Of a DNA stretch of 64,000 nucleotides, positions 1-12,313 are shown piece after piece (the first letter of the stretch is position 1; every line of letters starts with the position of its first letter). The notes beneath the pieces were generated by a model. That model did no database searches, was not told the origin of the DNA, and saw only the letters and a program-made list of their open reading frames with translations. The stretch is from Flectonema sp. DT1601 (taxonomy: Eukaryota), in assembly GCA_964019425.1 (NCBI GenBank), contig OZ025790.1, positions 1,178,001-1,242,000 of the forward strand. The letters run 5' to 3'. Made by a program: the position numbers and the translations under genes.

Positions 1-4
1 TCAA

Positions 5-2257
5 GTGCAGTTAGTAACACAGACGGGCTCACCATCCTCAGGAGTTGAGGAGTCCCTTCTTAGAAAGGCACCAGAACCGGAAAAACAAAACCCCCCGACA
101 AGGAATGAAACCCCAAAAACGAAAGAACTTCCGGGGAGGAAAGAAGTTCCAGAAATGAATAAACTCCCTGAGAACGATGTGATACCAGGCGGTGATGTTA
201 TTCAACCACCGCAGCAACAACAACAGCAAGAGGAGAGTCGACCGCCAACTCCAAGTGACATTGATGAAAATGAAAAGGAACTACCGATGCCGGTTGCGGA
301 TGTTTCAATGATGGCATCGCCTGTTCCGTTTATGTCATCCGCTGCTCCAATTGCGACACCGACACCTGCATCACCACATCAACAGATTGGAGGTTCAGGG
401 TTTAGTTATCCTAGAGCACCTACACCTCCTCCACAAAAAATTGTTTTAGAAATTCGTTTACCAGAACCTGCTCCAGCTAGTGCTCCAACAACAGCCCCTA
501 TCACTACCAAACAGATTGTTAGGTCAGAATCGAATTCAACTGCAATGCGAATCGAAGAGTCTGACATTGCAGCGAGTCCTCAATTCGTTTCTAAAACACC
601 TTCAGTAGCTCCTTGGGAAGGTCCATCGTCAACTACTGTTCCACATTCAGATCCAAGAAGAGAATTGTCATCTACTCCTATTAATAATTATGAACAACAC
701 GTACCTTTTATATTACCCTCGATTAATGACATCAGTGCTACGATGGAAGCATTACAGAAGAGTATGAGTCCTCAACAACATGATTCAGTCAGGAGTTCTG
801 TTGGAACTCCGACACCAACTCAGAGTAGTTTACCGCAACGGAGATCATCAATTTCAGCTGCTGTACCTCCAGTGTATCCGGAAGAGTTAAAAAAGACGTT
901 GGATGAAATTATGAATTCACTAGGTACCATCAACAGTGACGTATTAACATCACTTCAAGGAATTGGATTGCAAACCAACACTAGAGAATCAGAGCTTGCT
1001 GTACCACAACCAACATCCAGTTCGATTCCCGGACCTGAATATATTTCACAACAACACACTGCATCGATAGAATCTAATAAAGAAATTAAACGAGAGATTG
1101 ACAGGTTGAGATCAAAACAGCAGCAAGCTGAACGCAAGAATGAGCTCGATTGTTTATCACAAGAAATCTACAACTTAAAACAACAACAAAAAGAACAAGA
1201 GAAGGTAAGGACTTCCTTATTAGATTTACAGCTACTACAACAGTCAATCATGTCTGAGCAGTTCCAAAAACAAATGGGAGCCTCTCATCGTCAAAAGGCG
1301 ATTGATAAGCAACAACGACACTACCTGGCTAAGTATTTGGAATACCAAAAAGAATTAAATAAAACAATAAAGAAAAGCGGCGTATCACAACCACAAGTCC
1401 AACAAGAAGAACGATTCTCACCTGCTGTTGACATCAACGAGGAGATTGCGAAGCATCTTCGGGCAGTTGGAGCAGGTGGTGGTCACAGGTTGATAGACGA
1501 TGGGAGTACTGATAGTCAGCTGTCACAACCGCAGTCGAAAAAGAAGAGTTCAGACAATCAATCAGTTCCTGCTGTCTTAACAACAAAAAGAAATTATCAA
1601 CAACAATACCCAAGTTCTTCAATAGGTGAATCTCCTCGTATAGCGTCTCATAGTAAACCTATCGCAAGCAATCAGGTTGATCCCGAAGTACGAGAATGGC
1701 TTGTTCACCTTCGATTAGAACGTTACATTTCTATATTTACAGTTCATCAGATAACTCTTGAGTCCTTTGTGAGATTAACTGATACGGATATTGTTGAGAT
1801 GGGAATCACAGCACTCGGTCCTCGTAAAGTACTTCAAAGGTTTATTGAAGAATACCAGAAAAGTAAAAGTCCAGGTAGAGTTGTTGTCCCCTCAACAACA
1901 CCTGGGAAGTTAGTACAGCCGATGAGGGTTTCAAAAAGTATTGAGAAATCTGTTGAGAGGGATAGAGTGAATAGAGAACGAGAACGGGAGCGTACCAGAC
2001 ATCCCACTATCGAAGAATTGGAAGCAAAACTCGTAGAAGCTCAGACGTCGATAACACGTCAGCAACGTCTGAGAGAACAAATCCAATCTCCACTTCAGCG
2101 ACAGCAGCAACAATCTCAACCTGATGAGTGGTCAGTTTACGTTGATCCGAATACCAGTCGTCTTTACTATGCAAATAATCGAACACAGGAAACTCAATGG
2201 GAGCCTCCTCCAGACATGCGCACAGTGAGGACGGATAATCTGAACGACGTACTTTAA
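5..2257 (+). CDS. Low-complexity/coiled-coil protein with SAM domain and C-terminal WW domain (5' end probably outside the window)
   Basis: SAM-like segment VREWLVHLRLERYISIFTVHQITLESFVRLTDTDIVEMGITALGPRKVL; WW motif EWSVYVDPNTSRLYYANNRTQETQWEPP; the frame is open at the window edge. Confidence 0.85.
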   Translation: MQLVTQTGSPSSGVEESLLRKAPEPEKQNPPTRNETPKTKELPGRKEVPEMNKLPENDVIPGGDVIQPPQQQQQQEESRPPTPSDIDENEKELPMPVADVSMMASPVPFMSSAAPIATPTPASPHQQIGGSGFSYPRAPTPPPQKIVLEIRLPEPAPASAPTTAPITTKQIVRSESNSTAMRIEESDIAASPQFVSKTPSVAPWEGPSSTTVPHSDPRRELSSTPINNYEQHVPFILPSINDISATMEALQKSMSPQQHDSVRSSVGTPTPTQSSLPQRRSSISAAVPPVYPEELKKTLDEIMNSLGTINSDVLTSLQGIGLQTNTRESELAVPQPTSSSIPGPEYISQQHTASIESNKEIKREIDRLRSKQQQAERKNELDCLSQEIYNLKQQQKEQEKVRTSLLDLQLLQQSIMSEQFQKQMGASHRQKAIDKQQRHYLAKYLEYQKELNKTIKKSGVSQPQVQQEERFSPAVDINEEIAKHLRAVGAGGGHRLIDDGSTDSQLSQPQSKKKSSDNQSVPAVLTTKRNYQQQYPSSSIGESPRIASHSKPIASNQVDPEVREWLVHLRLERYISIFTVHQITLESFVRLTDTDIVEMGITALGPRKVLQRFIEEYQKSKSPGRVVVPSTTPGKLVQPMRVSKSIEKSVERDRVNRERERERTRHPTIEELEAKLVEAQTSITRQQRLREQIQSPLQRQQQQSQPDEWSVYVDPNTSRLYYANNRTQETQWEPPPDMRTVRTDNLNDVL

Positions 2258-2608
2258 AACATCATCATTTCCCACACTGACTTGATTTGGTCACGTTACC
2301 CAAACTGATTAGATTACTGTTATTGTGTGCGCAATCTTTATATCTCTGTTTTATTGTATTCTTATTAGTGAGTAGTATAACCCTCCCTGTTAGTTTGAGG
2401 GGGGGTCTTGTATTTTTCATATTGTATTAGATTTTGATGTGTTTGTGTTTCTCATTTTATTTATTTGTTATTTTACTTTTACAGGAGGGGTGGAAGAAAA
2501 CAAAAGGATTTCGGGTATTCCATGTAAGTGTTGCTTTGATAGTTTATATAATTATAGTTGTTTTTTTTTTAATAACTTTTTTTTTTTTAAAAAGGGGTCA
2601 GTAGAACG

Positions 2609-4175
2609 ATGGTCGCGACTGTGACATCTGCGACACTCGATACCGTGCGAGAGCTACAACAGACTTTTGAGGCTCGGCAAGCAGGTGTAACAGAAGCTTT
2701 CATGCATCTGGTTAAAATATTTGAAAATGCGAATAATGTGATTTCTGTAAAAGATTCGTCGTGTCAGACTGATGACATCACAACTCAAGAAACGAGTCAT
2801 CTGAAAGTTAAGATCCCACCTCTTGGAATGCTCACATTACCCACCAGTAACATGTTAGCTGCGTCTGGTACAAGTCTTTATACGACAGATTTTAATTTAT
2901 CGCAATCATCGTTGAGTGATTGGGACACCTCCATGATGATGACTAATAGTAATGGAGACACCATCAAGAGTTGTATTATTGCGACTCCGAGAGATCACGC
3001 AAACCATCCAAGGCTTAAACATATTGAAAAGTTAAAGAAAATAGAATGGGATAGCGATATTCAGTTTGTTGGTTCTGCTGATTACTTTTCAACAGAAAAT
3101 GAAGTTCAGGAGATATTTGTTGTTGTTACTCTCTCAACTCTGTATAAAGTTGACACATCAGGTACGACGTTAGAAGAAGTTGGTATCGAGTGCATTCAAT
3201 CTCTTGAGCTATTCGAAATCTCTGGTTTCGTAGCGATATCACTTGATGAAGGAAAGTCAATGTTGTTCTACTTTCATGGAGATTTAAAAAGCACTTCTCA
3301 CCTTCGATTCTTAGATGTCTTCACAGAACTATTCCCTCAGGTATCAGCTGTTCGTGGAGCTGATTTCAGAAAATACATCAGCACTCCAATCTTTAGATAT
3401 TTAGATAAACACAAACATCAGTTTCCAGGTACTGATGTTGATAGTCAGGTCGCAACACCTGAAATGAGGAAAGTAAAATTAAAAGAAGAAGTAAAACTTA
3501 CTTACGTATCTGAGGAATACGAAGATGGAGATCTAGATGACGATACAACGTTAGACAGTCCTGATGCTGCTCGTCATGAAGTTCTGAGATTACAACAAGA
3601 AATCGCGAAGGTTTCAATTTCACCAGAACTGCAGACTCCACATCCTCCAGACTCGGAGAGGAATAATACGGCGCCGGTTCACTTTTGCAAAGCAGCTGTT
3701 GAAGTTGTTGCTGACAACGATAACGACAGCGATGATGATGATGACGATAGCGACCTACGTGAGGAAACATCATCTCCTTCACCTGTTCCACCAGCAGTAC
3801 AAAAAGATAGCAGAAGTCCAACTAGATCACAACAACATCATCAGCCATCAGGGGTGTCGAATCACAGTGACCCAAATAATTCAATTGAAGAAACTAATTT
3901 AATAAAAAAAGAACCATCATCTCGTTGTAGTACCCCGCAATCAACACCTCGAGGAACTCCCCAAACCGCTGCTCTGCAGCCTTCAAATTCAAAAGACGGA
4001 AAACACTCCTCCGACTCTTCTCCTCAAAATCAGACTCCTGTGAAACCAAAGCCCAAACGATTATCCGTATGTACCTTTCTTGTTCACTTTTCTTATTTAT
4101 TAGGAAGGAATTCTTATGTATAAACACACATCCACACAGTTCAAGGACGCAATCAAGCAAAGGCTGAAAATATGA
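2609..4175 (+). CDS. Hypothetical protein with a possible PH-like central domain; 2 exons (2609-4066, 4140-4175)
   Basis: 504-aa ORF; phase-0 intron GTATGT(4067)..CACACAG(4139) gives the C-terminus ...KRLS-FKDAIKQRLKI*. Confidence 0.65.
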
Positions 4176-6079
4176 TAAGACGAAAAACTCATGAATTTGA
4201 TTTCAACACAACAGAAAGAGAAGTTAAAGAGGAAGTTACTTTGAAGTTGTTGAATTGAATAAAGTCGCCTCTCGACAAGTCATTCTACTCAGCTTCCTGT
4301 ATGATAAAACTGTTTATGATGTACTCGCATATCCAACAAAAGCTGTTAATCCACCCATAAGCTCCGCGTAGTTAAAAAGCGAGCAAGAGAATTTGCAGCG
4401 GAAGAAAATTGGGAATCACGAAAACTCATGCTAACCTGCTGATTTTTTTTTTTTTTTTTTTTGTTTGTTTACACCCATTTCCTTCTTGTACCATATTGCA
4501 CTCAACATATGGCAATAAAAAGAAAAAAAAGACAAATCCAACACGTCACGTAATTGAGTACTTTTATGATCTAAGAGATACCCAACGGAAGTTTGAATTA
4601 TGTTTCGACTTCAGGTCGATTCGCAGTTCGGTTTTCATCAAAAAAAAAAGAAAGTCTGGAATTGATCGATCTGGGGCTGCTGCTCGTTATTCTCAATTTG
4701 TTCCCGTGATTAATATTTTATATTGTTTTATTTATTACTCGTCGATGTTGTTTTTAAAAACTACAACAAAAAATTTTCATCAAATAAAACGGATGATTAC
4801 TTGATCATCACTATTTTATTATAACAAAAAACTAAACAAAACTGGTGAGACCCTTTGTTTTAGTCACGTCAAACATCTTTCCTTTTTTTTTTCCTACTTA
4901 TTTTCTCTCTTTTATTGTTACTTGGGGGAGTGGCTGTCTTTCGCAAGTCAACTGATATGTTGCTACCGCCTAAAGACACCTGTCATATGTTGCGTTGATC
5001 TGCTACGACAGGAAATGTCTATTTTACTTCTCTCAAAGAATGTGAATTGGAAGTGGCATCAAACACACGTTAAAAAAAAAAGTTGAGGTTTGTGCCATTT
5101 TTTTTTTTTTTTTTTCCATTTTTTTTTTCCTTCTTATCGATTTTGAAGCTGCTTTCTTCAAACTTTCCGTCTTGAAGACGTGTTTTACGAATAATATGAC
5201 GCGAAAAAAATAAAAATAAAAAAAATAAATATAACTTGTTGCTAGCTGCACCACGTTTATATTTGTTGTCACGTAAATTTCTTTTCTAATTTTAATTTGT
5301 CTAACCACGAACGTGGTGTGAAAAAAAGACCTAACAAATAAGCAAACAAACAAACAAACGAATACTGCAAAAAAAAAAAAAAACAACAAACAAACAAATA
5401 AGGAATGATATATGATTGCATATTTGCAAAGGTTGAATAAAATGAATGACCGGTGTTCATCACTGTGATTTCAAAGCTAGAAAAAAAAAATTAAAATGTC
5501 TACTTCTCTTCTTCCCAACTTCTGCATTTTTATTATTATTTTTTATATATTTTTTTTTTTTTTTTTATATTTGGTATTGGCTTAGTTATTCCTTTGTTAT
5601 CTGTTGTTGCTGCTGTTTTATTTATTTATTCTTTTTTATAAAAGTCGTCGTTATAATTTTTCCTTACAATAAAAATCTGGTTACACTCCTGGGTGCAACC
5701 GTCTTCTTTGTTCATTGTTTAAAAAAAAAAGGATTAAAAAAAAAAAAAAAAAAAGAATTTTAAGGTGTTCCAAAACCCTGGGATGCGACAATTGTGCGAC
5801 AGTTGAATAAAATGTTTAAAAAAAAAACAGTTTGACTTTTATATTTATTGTACTGACCGATAAATAACAATTTTTTTTTTTTGTTTTTTTTTTTTTTTTT
5901 TAAAAAAAAATTATTTTCCCACTCATTAGATTTAACACAACAATAGCCATCATGGGAACTTACAGGGGTGTTAGCTGGACCAGTTGCGTGTTTTAACCCC
6001 CCGTCATATTGTAAAAAAATTCATTTTCACCAGTAATACAAATAAAAAAATATAAAATTTCGACACCACATGATCGATA

Positions 6080-7072
6080 ATGTTAAGAGCTACAGGTGTC
6101 CGATTAATAAATGTCAACGCTCCTCCTCATGACCTCCTGGGTGTTTCCGTAACTTCAAGCAAATCACAAATAAAAAAAGCATACTACACCTTGGCTATGA
6201 AATATCATCCAGACAACCCAGAGACCGGATGCTCCACTACTATGAACGCAATAAATGTCGCGTATGGAAAAATTAATAGTGATGATTTCTTTCAAGTCAA
6301 GATGGAAGCAGAAGATATTGCAACTGCTGGTATGAGTAGAAGTGAAAGAAATCAAAGACATGAGGAATCTTACCAACGCGGAACTCCCGATGAAGAAAAA
6401 CAAAAATGGCAAGAACGTGAAGAAGCAAGACGCGAAGCACGTGAACGATTCCTTCGTTTAAAACGTAAAAAGAAATTCGGAAAAAAGCGAGTCGATCCGA
6501 TATGGGCACAGCTTGGAGGTCCTCACGTCGAGAGAGCAGTAAAAACAGAAAATGGAAAATACCTTTATCACATAATGGACCAGTTCTACGAAGCAGATCA
6601 TTATATCCCACCCACAATGTTAAATTATAGATTAATAAGATCAAATTACGACACTAATGAATTTATAAAAATGGGACTACGTCTCCAAGAAAACATGACC
6701 AGAGAAGACAAAGTCCTCCGAAGAAGAGAAGAACGCGAACATGCTGGTCGTACAATTCCCTTCATCGAGGGAGTTGATTACGGAGCTGGAGGAACATCGA
6801 CAACTGCGAATGGTATTGTGAGAAAGACTTGGAGAGACACTCACCGAGTTGAAATTATTTTAATAGCCGTAATACTATTCTACTGGATTAGTGATGTCGT
6901 TCCTCGACTATATACTAGATGGGTACGAACAGGAACCGTCTCAAACGGGACTGTAGATGATGACAAGGCCTATTCAATTTCTCAAGCCCGCAACAAACGT
7001 CTCAATGATGAAAATATAGAAGTCGATGCGTTGGTAAAAATATTGGAAGACAAACAGAACTCTGTCGCCTGA
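6080..7072 (+). CDS. DnaJ (J-domain) protein with C-terminal TM segment, likely mitochondrial
   Basis: HDLLGV...IKKAYYTLAMKYHPD J-domain motif; MLRATGVRL presequence-like N-terminus; hydrophobic IILIAVILFYWI. Confidence 0.85.
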   Translation: MLRATGVRLINVNAPPHDLLGVSVTSSKSQIKKAYYTLAMKYHPDNPETGCSTTMNAINVAYGKINSDDFFQVKMEAEDIATAGMSRSERNQRHEESYQRGTPDEEKQKWQEREEARREARERFLRLKRKKKFGKKRVDPIWAQLGGPHVERAVKTENGKYLYHIMDQFYEADHYIPPTMLNYRLIRSNYDTNEFIKMGLRLQENMTREDKVLRRREEREHAGRTIPFIEGVDYGAGGTSTTANGIVRKTWRDTHRVEIILIAVILFYWISDVVPRLYTRWVRTGTVSNGTVDDDKAYSISQARNKRLNDENIEVDALVKILEDKQNSVA

Positions 7073-7308
7073 CAACATAACGGCAGCACTTTTGCCGATT
7101 CAAATTATTTTTCACATTTTTTTTAATCATAATATTATTTTGTTTTTTTTCCTGTTCTTTCTCAGGTCAGACATCTATGATTCAAATGATTAATATTTGA
7201 TTTTTATAAAAAAAATAATAAAAAAACAACCAAAAGCACTACTTTCCATTCATCAGTTTGTGTTGGGAAGTGAAGGAAGAACTTCACAAGTTGTGAAATG
7301 CCAACAAG

Positions 7309-9497
7309 ATGACATCACAAAATGAGGACACAATCAGTAATGAAAATGACTGGGAAGGCCTTCGGCTTCTCATCAGTATCAGTGATAATGATGTTGGACA
7401 GCTAGTTGACCTAATTGAGGTATCAGAGCACATCCAAAATAAGGAAACTAAAGAAAAGCAAAACCAATTAAAACAGTCAAATGAGAATGAAAAATGCTTC
7501 AATTTCGAAGATTTATTTTTAGTAGTTGCCGCTGATGAGTGGTGTTGTGAAGGATTACGACTAATAGTCGACCCTGAAGTGATTGAATCATTTAGTCGAT
7601 CTGTCGAATCTGAAATTGAATCCAAAACCGTTAAAGAAGTTAGTCTGTCAGGACTTCAAACTCTTTACGAAGTAACATCTCAAACCGATGAAGACACTAG
7701 AGATGTACTCTCTTGGATTATAAAAACAGAAACAGGTCAGATTCCTGATATCGATCAAAAGACTACAATAAATGAATCGAATAATAACATCAGCAGGCGA
7801 ACTAGAGTTAGTCAGAGTGAGGAAGTAACATCACCTTCCATATCATCTCGTTGTTCATCTCTGATTAAGTCAACTGAGAAATCTCGTAGTCTGGTCTCGA
7901 AAAATGTTATTGACAACAACAAAGCTGTTTCTAATGCACATTCACCAACTCGCAGGCGAAACAAGCTGCTGGACACTTCATTCTTGCAAAGAACACGTGA
8001 GGATGCCCGCGACAGGTGCCGCGCTCTACTCCGAAAGGAAGCACGTGAACGAATGGTGTATGTTGATTTACAATGTTATTGTACCGAAAGACTACTATTC
8101 GTGTTTTCAAAACCATCTAATACAAATCACAGAATCACTGAAGCATCACGAGAAACTGAAGAGTGTCGTCGACAAGAAGAAGAACGATCACATTTAGAAA
8201 AACAGGTATTCTAAACATCTATTTATCAACACAACTCACAACTAGTGAGGTGATAATAATAAATTAATCCATCTAACAGATGCAACGTGACACGCTGTTC
8301 AATAGATTTCTGAGTGCTCGTTTCGAAACTGAAGTTGGAGATGTGATTGGAGCCCCGGGTTCTTTAAAGAATGAAGTCGCTGCTCGAAAGATCTACTGGT
8401 CGGTTCTCATCCCAACTCATCTTCCAAATCGAATGGATTTAGTGAAAGAGTTTTGGAAGAGTACCAGGAAGCTTGAGAAATCATTCCCAACGAAGAAGGA
8501 GAAGAAAATTAAAAAAAAAATCAATCAACTTCCCTCAATCCAGAGGTATGTTTTCTTATTGCTTACTCCATGATTAACTCGTCTTGCTGCATTTTGGCGA
8601 TTGTGCCCCCGGTGGTTCTGCATGCTGGTCGTGCCCAGGGTAACCTCCTCTTCTGTAATGACGTTCAAATCCTCTGCACCTCCAAAGGGGGCACCACGGC
8701 CCCGTTGGACCTAAGAAAGGCTTTGCAGGTTTTTGTTTTGGACTCCAAGTAGACTTCTTCTTAGATGCTTTCAGTAGACTTATTAATATGGTCACTTTCA
8801 TTTGCTTGCATCTCTGTTAGGACGTCACTCAGCCTGGCGCCCTGAACAACATACCCCTGCTGTATGGGAAGCAAAGACAGACTCCTATTCCTCAAGCTGA
8901 CCATCTCAGGGATTTCTTCCCGGGAGTCTACTTGTTCTGCTACCCTAATCCAGTCGACAAGTATCTCAAAATAGGCAAGAAGAACCGGTCACTGGCTTAA
9001 CGGTGGTACAACCATTGGTATACTTGAAACACAAGTCTCTAATAAACCCTGTCGCATCGTCCTCGATAAGATGCACATCCTTCTTGTCCTCGACTCTCTT
9101 CGTCGTGAAGAAGACTTGTGCTGGAGACGCTTGCAACGCGGGTGCATCATCCGTAACATTTCCGTTTGCTATCGCCGTTAGCCTGCTCACTCGTTTATCT
9201 GGAGCAGCAGGTTGTTCCAATTAGAAGTAGATCAATCACTTTTATTTATTGTTTTATGAAAACAACAAAATCAAAATTAGGGATTTTTCGGTTCTCGAAC
9301 AGGCAATTCCTCGAGTGTATGAGAAGGCTGAAGTAGCCTCATCAGTTGCTTCTGGTATTGAGTCGAAGGTTAGAAATCGTTTATCTCCTTTGAAGAAGCA
9401 TCCAACAAGTCCGGTTGTGAATCCATCAAGTGATGTGTTACCTCCGTGGAAGCAATCACTACCGCCTTCTCAGGTAGTTCAACAAGCTCACGTGTGA
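7309..9497 (+). CDS. Hypothetical protein; 4 exons (7309-8057, 8133-8205, 8280-8545, 9281-9497)
   Basis: Three ORF fragments are joined in phase by GT-AG introns 8058-8132, 8206-8279 and 8546-9280. Confidence 0.7.
8574..9220 (-). pseudogene. Decayed antisense coding fragment (probable transposable-element remnant) inside intron 8546-9280
   Basis: GC-richer ~650 bp block in an intron about 10x the typical length; minus-strand frames can be stitched across frameshifts (..LAYFEILVDWIRVAEQVDSREEIPEMVSLRNRSLSLLPIQQGYVVQGARLSDVLTEMQANE..). Confidence 0.45.
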
Positions 9498-9797
9498 CGT
9501 ACTTCGAACACTGAAGATGGTTTTGTGGTGGCAATCGGTTTTCCAGCTGTTTCTTGTGCCCACCATCTTCTGTTTTCTTTCAACTGAGGAAAGAACGAAC
9601 ACAACGGCACCAACAAAAAAAAAAAAAAAAAAAAAACGACAAAACCAAAATTTCCATTTCAGTTTTGTCGAACTTGCTGCTATTTCAACCTTTCTTTTTT
9701 TACTCAAATTCGTGAGTGACGGTGAGAAAAAGGTCTCAATCATAATTTATTCCTTACAGGGAGAGAAATAATAAATAATAAAAAAAACACAACTAAA

Positions 9798-10193
9798 ATG
9801 ATAGGTCAAATAATAAAGTCAGGTGTGCGATCATTATTGGGAACAGTACCGATGTTAACAGCGCAACACGGAGATGCATTTGTTGTTGGGTTTACGATAT
9901 GTTTGATAGTGTTGTGTAATTTATACGGTCCTCATGGGTATGTATTTTTAATTTTATTGAGAAAAAAAAAAAAGTAATAAAATCAAACACCAAAAAACAA
10001 CAACAGATTCCTTCAAAACATTATAGCAACTCTCCCAGCATGGATTGTTTGCATCGCCTTGATATCATTTCTCTCGTATGTCGATAAGAAACACCGAATC
10101 CGTCAGCGAAACAAAAGAATGGAATGTGTTCAAAACTCTTTGAAAAAAGGTGACACGGGAGCGACTCAGGGAGGTGGAATAACACTAGACTAG
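9798..10193 (+). CDS. Small (~108 aa) two-TM protein missed by the ORF track; 2 exons (9798-9937, 10007-10193)
   Basis: Intron GTATGT(9938)..AACAACAG(10006) restores MIGQIIKSGVRSLLGTVPMLTAQHGDAFVVGFTICLIVLCNLYGPHGFLQNIIATLPAWIVCIALISFLSYVDKKHRIRQRNKRMECVQNSLKKGDTGATQGGGITLD*; U-rich acceptor at ~9759. Confidence 0.75.
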
Positions 10194-10525
10194 TTGGACT
10201 CCTCATTGTCATCATCTGTACTTATATTCCAATAGCGCTTCTATGATTGCCCCTAACTTTATTATACCCTTTTTTTGTGGGTTAACCACAAAACTGAGAG
10301 ACAGCTGTGACATAATTTCGTCCACAGAATCTGGATGGTGATTCTTAAAATTGATAAAATCCATTCATCGTTGTTATTTCTTTTTTAAAAAAGGAAAACG
10401 TATCATCAGGAGGTGGTCCACGCTCAACTTTTTATTGAAGAATTAAAATTGAAGATAATAATATTATTTATCTTAATAACCTTCCTAACAGGTGTTAGTC
10501 AAATTAGAACAACAACACCACAAGT

Positions 10526-12313
10526 ATGAAGAATTCATCATTTTCAGGGAATGGCTTAGAAGCTGATGCTGCTGCTGAAGAGAGACGAGAAAAGAGACGC
10601 AGCCGAGGAAGGACATTTGGACATTCGACCGACGCTTTGATAGTACCGGAAGATGAGGAATCTGTCCACGAATTGTTTAATGAGGTTCCTTCATCCGAAA
10701 GGAGAGTAGAAAAACCACTTCTTTGTACCTACGGAAACGGCTCAATTGGTCACCTTCACATCACCAGAAACTATGTTTGTTGGAATAGCGTCGCTGGGAG
10801 AAAAGTTGTTATTCACTTTTCTGAAATTGCTTCTGTCGAGAAAGGAACTAACTTGTTAAATGCGATTGAAGTAAAAACTCTGACTGGAAAACAAGCTCCA
10901 CGCCAATGCCAATCGGAACCAATGCACGACTGGGGTCCAGGCATAACCCGCTGTCACAGCTGTGGAGCTCAACCATGTTGGAATCGAGGGTGTAAGACGT
11001 GTAAAATAAAACTCTGTAAAGGATGTTTTGATAAACACAAATCATCAACAGGTGAGGAGACTGCTAAACACATTTTTAAAACCCGAGACCTAGACAGGAT
11101 CTTTACGATTGTTAAGAACTTATGGGCAGCTCACCTTCGAATCCCAAAAGATAAACGTCCCGTGAGAGCCCCATCAGCCATGTCACAAAGCAGCCTTGAA
11201 ATACCACCCGAGTCGGGAACACAACTAATAGAAGAAGACTTACCAAACTATCAAAGTAGTGAATCAGAGGAGACTCTAATTGATCAAATATCATCTTCGT
11301 TATGCACACCAGGTAAGGCAGTTGAAGCATCTCATTTCCCAACAACATCAACAAGAGAAACAACAGCCTTACTGAATGGTGTATCTGAAACTGTAAAGGC
11401 TCCGATTGAGTTGATATTCAAAGTTCTTCAAAGCGAAGCAATTCAAACCCTCCACGTCTCTAGAAAAGATGAAAATATTGTAATCCCACCCTGGGAATCA
11501 AATGAAGACAAGTCTATTGGAATTAGGTCTATAACTTATTTAACATCAACTCCACTTGGTAAGAAATTAATAAATGAATCTCAAAGGTATTGGTGGACTA
11601 AAAGTTCTCTTTGTCTGGAGACTTCAGCACAGTGTCCAGGAGTTCCTTGTGGATCATCGTTCAGAACCGTGATATTTTATGAATTCACGACATCAGAAGA
11701 TGTCAAGGAAGTTCAATTACGACAATGGGGACAGCCGTATATATTATCTTCGTTGGGTCTCTTCTCCGGAAGGATCAAAAGTGCTGTCGCAAAAGCATGT
11801 GAAGAGAATGCCACTGGGATGATTCAGACATTGGAACAAATGATCAGAGCCAGGTCTATTGCTGCGTCACCAACTGATCTGTCGGTTGATCAAAATCAAG
11901 GAATAAGCTCAGCGTCACCAGTCACTGTGGCTAGTGAGGATGGCGATGATAATGTAAAAGAATTGATTGAGATGGTTATTGGGTATTTGCGTTGTGTTTT
12001 ATTGTTTACGTTGACGATGAGCTTTTTGTCTTCATTTTCAACATCTGATTCGACTGCTGTTCGCAGCCTGCCATTCTTATCATCAACGACAGATGAAGTA
12101 AATCGACTTGTTGGACATCTCCCTTCAAATAACAACACAACTGATGTTTTATTCAACGCGTTGTATCATGAAGTACATAGGAGTCAATGGACTTCTATGT
12201 TTGTTCTCAGTTCTGGATTTCTATTCGCACTTGAGTCACTGCTAACAACTTTATCAAATAATGGCGTTGTGAAAGATGTGATAAAAAGTATTTCTTCTTC
12301 TATCTCAAACTAA
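10526..12313 (+). CDS. GRAM + VASt (StART-like) domain membrane protein, GRAMD1/Lam-type lipid/sterol transfer family, with a Cys-rich insert
   Basis: GRAM-like GHLHITRNYVCW...VVIHFSEIASVEK; VASt-like PPW...RSITY...ESQRY...VPCGSSFRT; C-terminal TM segments. Confidence 0.8.
   Translation: MKNSSFSGNGLEADAAAEERREKRRSRGRTFGHSTDALIVPEDEESVHELFNEVPSSERRVEKPLLCTYGNGSIGHLHITRNYVCWNSVAGRKVVIHFSEIASVEKGTNLLNAIEVKTLTGKQAPRQCQSEPMHDWGPGITRCHSCGAQPCWNRGCKTCKIKLCKGCFDKHKSSTGEETAKHIFKTRDLDRIFTIVKNLWAAHLRIPKDKRPVRAPSAMSQSSLEIPPESGTQLIEEDLPNYQSSESEETLIDQISSSLCTPGKAVEASHFPTTSTRETTALLNGVSETVKAPIELIFKVLQSEAIQTLHVSRKDENIVIPPWESNEDKSIGIRSITYLTSTPLGKKLINESQRYWWTKSSLCLETSAQCPGVPCGSSFRTVIFYEFTTSEDVKEVQLRQWGQPYILSSLGLFSGRIKSAVAKACEENATGMIQTLEQMIRARSIAASPTDLSVDQNQGISSASPVTVASEDGDDNVKELIEMVIGYLRCVLLFTLTMSFLSSFSTSDSTAVRSLPFLSSTTDEVNRLVGHLPSNNNTTDVLFNALYHEVHRSQWTSMFVLSSGFLFALESLLTTLSNNGVVKDVIKSISSSISN

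Noticed and set aside
4409..5763. Short F/K-rich ORFs here and in other intergenic regions
   Set aside because: Products of poly-T and poly-A runs, with no coding character.
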